A stretch of DNA of 64,000 nucleotides, from NCBI GenBank assembly GCA_047638695.1, contig JBLINY010000002.1:11-64010 (forward strand), in the 5' to 3' direction. A program made the translations under genes and the position numbers. Of the stretch, positions 57,386-64,000 are shown in pieces; position 1 is the stretch's first letter, and every line of letters starts with the position of its first letter. The notes below the pieces were generated by a model. It did not search any database. It saw nothing but the letters and a program-made list of their open reading frames with translations, and was not told where the DNA came from. This DNA is from Acidimicrobiales bacterium (lineage in GTDB: Bacteria; Actinomycetota; Acidimicrobiia; Acidimicrobiales; SZUA-35).

Positions 57386-58495
57386 TCATCCGACGAAGTC
57401 GGGGACGAGGCCCTTTGGGCTGTGGGTGATAGGTACACAGCCGGTTCTGGTGACGATGACCGAATCCTCGACCCGCACTCCCCCGTAGCCGGGGAAATAG
57501 GCGCCGGGCTCGACCGTCACCACGAGACCGGCTCGGAGGATACCTACCGAGCGGGGCGACAAGATGGGTTGCTCATGGATCTCGAGGCCGATCCCGTGAC
57601 CCGTACCGTGGGTGAAATGGTCGGCCATGCCGCGATCAGCCAAGACCTCGCGGCATGCAATGTCGATGGCCACCTGCTCTATCCCGTCCTTAACGGCGGC
57701 AACGCCACAACGTTGCGCCGTGGCGACTGCGTCGTAGAGAGCCGCCTGCCTTTCGGTTGGATCGCCACCCGCCACCACCGTTCGTGTCATGTCGCTGCCA
57801 TAGCCGTCGATCTTTGCCCCGAAGTCGAGCACGACGAGGTCGCCATGCTCGACACGTCGATCGGACGGTCGGGCGTGCGGTAGCGCTGCGTTGGGGCCAG
57901 AGCCGACGATTGTCTCGAAACTGACTTCATCGGCGCCCAACAAACGCATCTGATGATCGAGTTCGGCTCCAAAGGCCCGCTCGGTCGGTCGTTCGTCAAG
58001 CAATGGGTAAACAACAGCGAATGCGGCGTCAGCTACTTCTGATGCTCGACGGAGTCGGCTGATCTCACCATCGTCCTTGTATTGGCGAAGTACTTCGATC
58101 AACCCATCGGTGACGACCAACGTCGCGTCGAGAACATCCTCAAGCCGCCCATATTCGGCCACCGTCAGGTGCGCGGCCTCGATACCGACACGGTCGCGGG
58201 CGAGGGCTGCAGCCGCCGCTCCATTGGTATCGACCGTGATCTCGATTTCGGCCTCAACGCCGTTCGCCGCTAGCTGCTGGGGAGCCTGCTCGGCGTATCG
58301 GGCGTCGGTAATCAGCAGCAATCGATCGGTCGTGATCACTACCCGACCGTTTGATCCGGTGAAACCGGTGAGCCAGCGAACGTTGACCGGTTTCGACACC
58401 ATCAGAGCATCGATACCGGCCCCATCGAACTCGCCGCGCACCTTGTCGACGCGAGCCACCACCGCCATATCGACAAGCTTGGTCTTAGCGCTCAT
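57386..58495 (-). CDS. M24-family Xaa-Pro aminopeptidase
   Basis: DFGAKIDGYGSDMTRT, HGTGHGIGLEIHE and VEPG motifs. The start is either 58495 or 58528. Confidence 0.9.
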   Translation of the reverse strand: MSAKTKLVDMAVVARVDKVRGEFDGAGIDALMVSKPVNVRWLTGFTGSNGRVVITTDRLLLITDARYAEQAPQQLAANGVEAEIEITVDTNGAAAAALARDRVGIEAAHLTVAEYGRLEDVLDATLVVTDGLIEVLRQYKDDGEISRLRRASEVADAAFAVVYPLLDERPTERAFGAELDHQMRLLGADEVSFETIVGSGPNAALPHARPSDRRVEHGDLVVLDFGAKIDGYGSDMTRTVVAGGDPTERQAALYDAVATAQRCGVAAVKDGIEQVAIDIACREVLADRGMADHFTHGTGHGIGLEIHEQPILSPRSVGILRAGLVVTVEPGAYFPGYGGVRVEDSVIVTRTGCVPITHSPKGLVPDFVG

Positions 58496-58505
58496 CAGAC
58501 AGCGC

Positions 58506-59531
58506 TCATGAGACTGCGAGCAAGGCATCGAGAAGCAAATCGACGTCGTCGACGATCACCGACTCGACCCCGTCCGGTCCATCAAGCACGAACGTGATGC
58601 CGTCAGTGGCCTTCTTGTCCTTTCGAAACAGCTCGACCAAAGCATGGTGATCAGAGTTTGCGGGCACCGTGGTAGCCAAGCCGAACTGCTCTACCAACCG
58701 TCGATGCTCGTCGACGGACGCGGCCTCGATTCGACCCAGCCGTCGAGCGACTTCAGCCGCATATACCAACCCGATCGCGACGCCCTCGCCGTGCCTGATG
58801 TCGTACGCTCCGGCCGTTTCGAGTGCGTGCCCAAGGGTGTGGCCATAGTTCAGAATGGCGCGCCGGCCCCCTTCACGCTCGTCGCTGGCGACAACGTCGG
58901 CCTTGATCCGGACACACGTGGCGACTTGTTCTGCGAGGTCGAGTTCGTCGAGTCTGCGGCCGGCGAGGTGATCGCCGCCAATGAACTGGTACTTGGCCAA
59001 CTCGCCGAGGCCGCTGGAAAACTCTCTTGCCGGCAATGTTGCCAACGTATCGGTGTCACAAATGACGGCCGCTGGCTGCCAAAAGGCCCCGACAAGGTTC
59101 TTGCCCTCGGGAAGATTGACGCCACATTTTCCACCGATGGCGGCATCGATCTGGCCGAGCAGCGTGGTGGCAACGTGGATCACGTTGATCCCCCGGTGAT
59201 AGCTGGCAGCGAGGAAGCCGCCGAGGTCAGTGACGACTCCGCCGCCCACGGCGACAACCAGATCTCGGCGTGTCATGCCCGACTGGGCCATTTGCCGAGC
59301 CAGATCTTCGACGACGCTGAGCCGCTTGGCCGCCTCGCCGTCGGGCACGGTGAATACCTCAAACGGCAGGCCGGGATCGACGGTCACACCCACACCAGTC
59401 TGCGTAACAACCGCAACTCGTTGTGTACCCGGAGGAATAAGGGACGCGAGATCAGCGATTACCCCAGGGCCAACATGAACCGGATAGCTCCGCCCATCAG
59501 GAAGCGGAACGGTCTCGACCAAAGTCCTCAC
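58506..59531 (-). CDS. aroB: 3-dehydroquinate synthase
   Basis: 341 aa with GGGVVTDLGGF and NYGHTLGHALE motifs. Confidence 0.95.
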   Translation of the reverse strand: MRTLVETVPLPDGRSYPVHVGPGVIADLASLIPPGTQRVAVVTQTGVGVTVDPGLPFEVFTVPDGEAAKRLSVVEDLARQMAQSGMTRRDLVVAVGGGVVTDLGGFLAASYHRGINVIHVATTLLGQIDAAIGGKCGVNLPEGKNLVGAFWQPAAVICDTDTLATLPAREFSSGLGELAKYQFIGGDHLAGRRLDELDLAEQVATCVRIKADVVASDEREGGRRAILNYGHTLGHALETAGAYDIRHGEGVAIGLVYAAEVARRLGRIEAASVDEHRRLVEQFGLATTVPANSDHHALVELFRKDKKATDGITFVLDGPDGVESVIVDDVDLLLDALLAVS

Positions 59532-59548
59532 AGGACCCGAGGCTACTG

Positions 59549-60310
59549 TCAGCCGACGACCGCAGCGCTCACAGGAGCAGCGGCCACAATCACGATCGTC
59601 GCCGCGGCCAAGAACGGGCCCATGGGAATCTCGGCCCGTCGATCGCCTCGAATCGCGTTGAGAATCACTCCGGACACGCCGGCGACCAGAAAGCTAAGCA
59701 GGATGGCGTAGAAGACAAGCCGGACGGCGATCATCTGTTCGGTCGACATCCAACCAAGAAAGAGGCCGAGACTCGGAGCCAACTTGACGTCACCGAGACC
59801 CATTCCAGGCGGGTAAGCCAAAAATGCTGCCCCAAGAATTCCACCAAACAGCAGGGCGCCGATGAGCGCTGGCCAGATGCGATCTTGAGCCCCGTCGGAT
59901 CCGCTCAGCACCAGCACCAGCACCAGTCCGGCCAGGAGAGTCGGGTAGGTCAGGATGTTCAACAGCAGATGAGTCTCAATATCAATTACCGACATAGTGA
60001 CGAGAGCGGCGAAAAACAGCAGATAGGGCACCAGATCGATACTCATGCCAAAGCGAACACCGGCGGCTGCGAACGCTGCTGCGGTTGCGAGGTCAGTGAG
60101 GGGATACCGCCACCACGAGTGCGAGGTATCGGTGGGGCAGCGACGAAACCACGAGAAGACCGGAAGCAACGACGCATTACCGAGGCTGCAGCGACAGACC
60201 TGGCATCGATGCTCGGCTGCCAGTTTCTCGCGGTCGACGGCTCGGTCGACAATCACCCCCAGAAGAGGGCCAACAACCAGCCCGCAAAGAAAGAGAAAAA
60301 GCGCCAGCAT
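59549..60310 (-). CDS. A24-family prepilin peptidase
   Basis: 253 aa polytopic protein with the Cys pairs CQVC...C and catalytic Asp contexts VIDIETH and GMGLGDVKL. Confidence 0.88.
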   Translation of the reverse strand: MLALFLFLCGLVVGPLLGVIVDRAVDREKLAAEHRCQVCRCSLGNASLLPVFSWFRRCPTDTSHSWWRYPLTDLATAAAFAAAGVRFGMSIDLVPYLLFFAALVTMSVIDIETHLLLNILTYPTLLAGLVLVLVLSGSDGAQDRIWPALIGALLFGGILGAAFLAYPPGMGLGDVKLAPSLGLFLGWMSTEQMIAVRLVFYAILLSFLVAGVSGVILNAIRGDRRAEIPMGPFLAAATIVIVAAAPVSAAVVG

Positions 60311-60313
60311 GTA

Positions 60314-61900
60314 TCAGCGTTCGCTCTTGAGGTAACGCATCAGCAAGCTTCCGCCTTGCTCTTCGGTGGATGGGGCCTCGTCGCCCTCGGTATCGGCCAC
60401 GGGCTCGGCGCCCGGCATGACCGGGGCATCGTTAAGCGACTCACGGAACGAGTCGATCTCCGCGGGTGACGGCGGTGCCGGCATATCGCTGCCCATGGAC
60501 TCAGCGGCGAAGGACTCGACACCACTGACGTCCTCGATGCTGTCAGAAACGAACATCGGTTCCGACATGGGATCCAGGTCGGGAGCGCTGAAGTCGGGAG
60601 CAGCAGGAGCTTCGCTGAATACTGGGGGTGCCGGCATCGGCGGGCGCTCGGAACGGGGAACGGGCGGTGCAGCGGGCAGCTCATCGGTCATGCCGATCTG
60701 GGCGGCGGTCTCAACGGCACCGATAGAGAAGGGATCGTTTGTGTCAACCGAATCGGTGGTCGAGACCGAATCAGCGAAGCTCATCGGCTCAGGCTGAAAG
60801 GCGGCGAACGACGAAACGGCCTCCTCGATGAGATCATCAGGATCAGGGGCGGCGATTGGAGTCATTGCCCGACCGAAAGAGACATCGGCGGCTGGAATTG
60901 TTTCCTGCGCCATCGCTGCCGGGGCAGCGAACATCGAGTCGTCGACGGGCTCGGCCTCAAGCGCCAAGAACGCCTCGACGTTGGGTTGTGGCCGGGGAGT
61001 CGGGACGGCTGGCGGCTCGTCGGACACGTTGCTCCGGGTTGCGGCCTCGAACTTCGGCTCGGGCTGAGCGACCTCTGTGACCGGCTGTTCAATGGCAACC
61101 GGTCCGGTTTCAACAACCATCGCGGCGCCGGTCTGGGCTTCGTCGATCGCCAGCTGATTGCCGGCGATCTCGGCAACCGCTCGGTCGGCGACTGCCGGCG
61201 AGTGAGCAACAACTGGAGGGTCGGCAACCACTGGCTGGGCGACAACCATCTCGTCACGGACCATCGCATCACTGGCAGTTTCATCGACCCCGGACCGGGC
61301 AGCAACAGCCTCGTCAGCAACGGCCTCGTCAGCAACAACCGGGTCACTCTGCGAACGGGCATCCTCGTTTATGTCGAGCAGTTCTTGTTCGATCAGCTTC
61401 TTCAGCATGCGGCTGACGTCAACCTCGCCCAGCTCGAGATCCACCGAGACCTCGCGTACGGCGGCTCGTGAGCCGACCGTCACGAGCAATCTCCACTGCT
61501 CACGAGTGATCGTGACTTCATCGGCTGAAAGCTCGGGCCGTGGGGTCAGAATGTGGTCCATCGACGGCACAACAGCGGCGATCTCGTTCCACTCTTGTAG
61601 GCGCTCACCGGCTGTCGCCACCACCAAGTCGACGATCTGCGAGCTGCTCGGATCGTCCGAGTTCTCATCGGCCGTAAAAGAGAAGTTGCCGCTATTGAAC
61701 CGCATCAGCTCAAAGACTGAGTCCTCCACCGAGCAACCGGCAGCGGCGCCGAACGAACCATCGACGAGTTGACCGTCGTGGAGCCAGAGCGATCCAGTTC
61801 CCCGGTCGCCACTCACCCGCAGGCGACCTGTCTTTGAGGTCCCGGCCAGCAGGCCGAGAACCTCGTCGAGGGTAAAATTATCGAGCGAGCCTTGCAGCAT
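60314..61900 (-). CDS. DUF4388-domain protein with a long acidic P/A/V-rich low-complexity C-terminal region
   Basis: The N-terminus MLQGSLDNFTLDEVLGLLAGTSKTGRLRVSGDRGTGSLWLHDGQLV matches DUF4388 (PATAN-associated). The remaining 350 aa or so are low complexity, with VADEAVADEAVA and VVAQPVVADPPVVAHSPAVAD. Confidence 0.7.
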   Translation of the reverse strand: MLQGSLDNFTLDEVLGLLAGTSKTGRLRVSGDRGTGSLWLHDGQLVDGSFGAAAGCSVEDSVFELMRFNSGNFSFTADENSDDPSSSQIVDLVVATAGERLQEWNEIAAVVPSMDHILTPRPELSADEVTITREQWRLLVTVGSRAAVREVSVDLELGEVDVSRMLKKLIEQELLDINEDARSQSDPVVADEAVADEAVAARSGVDETASDAMVRDEMVVAQPVVADPPVVAHSPAVADRAVAEIAGNQLAIDEAQTGAAMVVETGPVAIEQPVTEVAQPEPKFEAATRSNVSDEPPAVPTPRPQPNVEAFLALEAEPVDDSMFAAPAAMAQETIPAADVSFGRAMTPIAAPDPDDLIEEAVSSFAAFQPEPMSFADSVSTTDSVDTNDPFSIGAVETAAQIGMTDELPAAPPVPRSERPPMPAPPVFSEAPAAPDFSAPDLDPMSEPMFVSDSIEDVSGVESFAAESMGSDMPAPPSPAEIDSFRESLNDAPVMPGAEPVADTEGDEAPSTEEQGGSLLMRYLKSER

Positions 61901-62045
61901 TGGGAGCCACCCTTAACGGTGATGAGACAGTGGAGGACCTCGATTGAGGCAGTCCTGAATAGTTCGGCCGCTCAACGCTGCCTTTAAGGCATTTGAGAGA
62001 ATCTTCTAGTTCACTTGCCCTAGTAGCCCTTCTCCTTCGTTTGCC

Positions 62046-62849
62046 CTAAGCCGGCGTGCGTAGGGCGGCCGTCATCACGTCAATTGGCGCCGACTCACCC
62101 GTCCAGAGTTCAAATTGAAGCGCGGCCTGATGGACCAACATGCCAAGGCCGCCAAGCGTTTTCACCCCACGAGTGGCTGCCGCATCAAGCAACGGTGTGA
62201 GCTCGGGTTGATAGACGATGTCTACCACCAGCTGTTGGGCGCCCAGAACTTCAGGGTCGAGGGGCAGTGCGTCGGGCGCCGGCCCGCCGTCCATACCAAC
62301 GGCCGTGGCGTTGACGATGACATCGACCTCGGCAAGGTCATCAGGCGTACCGACGGCGGCAACATCACTTGCCTCCGCGGCATCTTCGGCCCGTGATTGG
62401 GTTCGGTTGATCACCAACACTCGTTCCGCCCCCGCCGCTCCGACGGCGTGAATAATGGCCCTCGCTGCGCCCCCAGCACCGAGCACGGCGACCCGCGCTC
62501 CCGATAGATCAATGCCAGCGCCGTGCGCTACCGAGGCGACGAAGCCTGCTCCATCGGTGTTGTGGCCGACCAGCATGTCCCCGTCGCGGGCGACGCAGTT
62601 GCACGCCCGCAGCCGCGTTACTGCCTCGGTCTGACGATCAACATTTTGGGCTACGACTTCCTTGTGAGGCATGGTCACTGACAGCCCGTCGATCCCAAGG
62701 GAACGCATGGCGTCGAGAGCAATCGCTCCCGAGCCTGCGGCGACTGGCAGCGCGACGTACACCCAATCGAGTCCAACAGATGCGAACGCCGCGTTATGAA
62801 TGGCAGGCGACCGTGAGTGGCGTACAGGATCGCCGATGACAGCTGCCAG
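62046..62849 (-). CDS. aroE: shikimate dehydrogenase (start codon unresolved)
   Basis: The track ORF starts at GTG 62762, but the same frame upstream encodes the essential RLAAVIGDPVRHSRSPAIHNAAF motif. There is no ATG, GTG or TTG between the in-frame stop (62997-62999) and 62762. Candidate CTG starts are at 62849 (L-AAVIGDP) and 62963 (CTGA overlap with the mltG stop). Confidence 0.85.
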   Translation of the reverse strand: MAAVIGDPVRHSRSPAIHNAAFASVGLDWVYVALPVAAGSGAIALDAMRSLGIDGLSVTMPHKEVVAQNVDRQTEAVTRLRACNCVARDGDMLVGHNTDGAGFVASVAHGAGIDLSGARVAVLGAGGAARAIIHAVGAAGAERVLVINRTQSRAEDAAEASDVAAVGTPDDLAEVDVIVNATAVGMDGGPAPDALPLDPEVLGAQQLVVDIVYQPELTPLLDAAATRGVKTLGGLGMLVHQAALQFELWTGESAPIDVMTAALRTPA

Positions 62850-62875
62850 CCTCGTCCGGCCGCTGATCCATGCTC

Positions 62876-62964
62876 GCTCGGTGGTCAGCGGCTCGGTGGT
62901 CAGCGGCTCGGTGGTCAGCGGCTCGGTGGTCAGCGGCTCGGTGGTCAGCGGCTCGGTGGTCAGC
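62876..62964. repeat. 15 bp tandem repeat GCTCGGTGGTCAGCG, 5.9 near-perfect copies
   Basis: Units start at 62876, 62891, 62906, 62921, 62936 and 62951. On the minus strand the unit is CTGACCACCGAGCCG. The array contains the mltG stop codon and lies in the aroE reading frame, where it encodes (LTTEP)n. Confidence 0.95.
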
Positions 62965-64000
62965 AGAGCCCCTTCTCGACACAGATCGCCTTGGCTTCAG
63001 CGAATTCTTCGTCGGTCGTGGCAAAAGTGTGCAGGCCACTCGCGTCGGTGAGCACGTAGTACATGAATTCGGTCTCGGCCGGGTTGATCGCTGCCTCGAG
63101 CGAGGCTCGACCTGGCGCACCAATGGGTGTCGGCGGCAAACCGATGACGTTGCGACACCCGAAGGGATTGTCGGGAGCTTGCAGGATCTCGTTGGTGAGC
63201 TGGACCCGACGATCGCCGGCACCGTAGATGCACGTTGCGTCGATTCCGAGGGCCCATTGCTCGCGCAAGCGGTTGTAGATGACCGAAGCGACAAGTGGGC
63301 GCTCTTCGTCAAACTTTGCTTCCGCTTCGACCAGGCTGGCCACGACGAGAACTTCGTAGGCCGACCGGTTGAGCTGCGTTTCCGCCGCACCAAAACCGAG
63401 GTCGCCCGTAACGGCGGTGAACTGGTCGCTCATGCGCAGCAGCACGTCCAGCGCGGTGTCGTCGACATTTACCTCGTAGGTGTCTGGAAAGAACAACCCC
63501 TCCCAACTCTGAGAGTCGGGTGGGCGGTAGCGGGGAACGATCTGTCCCGAACCGAGCACAGCCCGAAGCTCGGACTCGGTGACATTGTCGAGCTGGCTGG
63601 CGATCTCAGGAAGCATCTCTTCGATCCAGAGGCCCTCACGGATAGTGAATCGCTGGTACTCCTGAGGGGTCGGTCCGAGATTGAGAACGGCGATGGCCTC
63701 CTCGGCCGAAGAGTTCTGTTGGAGGAAGTACTCGCCCGCCCCGAAGTTGCCCTCGCCCTTCCACTGCGCGAAGTAACGGAAGAACGTGCTGTTCGGAATG
63801 ATGTTCTCAGACTCAAGCTGGCGGGCGATGTCGGCCGTGGTTGCACCAACGGGCACGACGAGATCAACAACTTCACCCGGTTCGCCTTCAGGATCGAGCT
63901 GCGCCGCGAACCAGCCGCTGGCAACCCCATACAACCACCATCCGGCCAACAAAATGAGAGCGATGGCTACCAGGCCACGAAGGAACCGGAGGCCGGCGGG
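62960..64000 (-). CDS. mltG: endolytic transglycosylase MltG (YceG-like); 5' end beyond the right edge
   Basis: The frame is open to position 64000 (PAGLRFLRGLVAIALILLAGWW TM helix). YceG-like body with YFLQQNSSAEEAIAVL, FPDTYEV, LVVASLVEAEA and the family-typical PPTPIGAPG. Confidence 0.9.
   Translation of the reverse strand, partial: PAGLRFLRGLVAIALILLAGWWLYGVASGWFAAQLDPEGEPGEVVDLVVPVGATTADIARQLESENIIPNSTFFRYFAQWKGEGNFGAGEYFLQQNSSAEEAIAVLNLGPTPQEYQRFTIREGLWIEEMLPEIASQLDNVTESELRAVLGSGQIVPRYRPPDSQSWEGLFFPDTYEVNVDDTALDVLLRMSDQFTAVTGDLGFGAAETQLNRSAYEVLVVASLVEAEAKFDEERPLVASVIYNRLREQWALGIDATCIYGAGDRRVQLTNEILQAPDNPFGCRNVIGLPPTPIGAPGRASLEAAINPAETEFMYYVLTDASGLHTFATTDEEFAEAKAICVEKGLC

Noticed and set aside
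58644-59711. 355 aa plus-strand ORF
   Set aside because: It is antisense to aroB and the prepilin peptidase, both of which carry diagnostic motifs.
62794-63393. 199 aa minus-strand ORF with an (ADHRA)n repeat
   Set aside because: It is an alternative frame of the 15 bp repeat and of the mltG coding region. mltG in the other frame has clear YceG-family sequence.

Overview
This 64 kb window is high-GC and densely coded, with gene content and synteny typical of the conserved core of an actinobacterium (possibly Acidimicrobiia-like; this is a guess from memory). All homology calls come from reading the translations by eye; no searches were run.

Main blocks:
- infC-rpmI-rplT-trmH-pheS-pheT
- hisG
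- mog/moaB-like gene followed by ribD-ribE-ribBA
- a PLP-dependent trans-sulfuration enzyme
- serA-like gene, DUF1015 gene and an aminotransferase
- def-fmt-rsmB
- a LivHMGF ABC transporter with its binding protein
- two amidohydrolases
- a long run: priA-metK-coaBC-rpoZ-gmk-mihF-pyrF-pyrD-carB-carA-pyrC-pyrB-pyrR
- nusB-efp-pepP-aroB, a prepilin peptidase, a DUF4388 gene, aroE and mltG

I found no rRNA, tRNA, CRISPR array, transposase or integrase.

The most interesting signal is absent from the ORF track. A PRX_like2/redoxin gene (35331-35843, minus strand) is intact except for two in-frame TGA codons. These fall exactly on the two cysteines of the W-C-P-x-C redox motif. A perfect 7 bp hairpin with a GGUC-containing loop follows 13 nt after the second TGA. 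This makes it a candidate U-x-x-U selenoprotein with a SECIS-like element.

Other points worth a second look:
- A tightly ATGA-coupled three-gene operon (33083-35159). It encodes a winged-helix-like protein, an EspC/WXG-like 104 aa protein, and a 409 aa protein with a WXG-like helical N-terminus. It sits behind an AT-rich promoter region with three AACTACTG direct repeats.
- Three tandem-repeat loci: 79 bp x3 between metK and priA, 15 bp x6 at the mltG/aroE junction, and 14 bp x2.7 upstream of a CAP/DUF4214 gene.
- Three essential genes (infC, gmk, aroE) whose conserved N-termini can only be encoded from non-canonical start codons. In gmk, and as one option in aroE, the candidate start lies in a CTGACC overlap with the upstream stop codon.
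- A PyrR-binding RNA motif in the pyrR leader.
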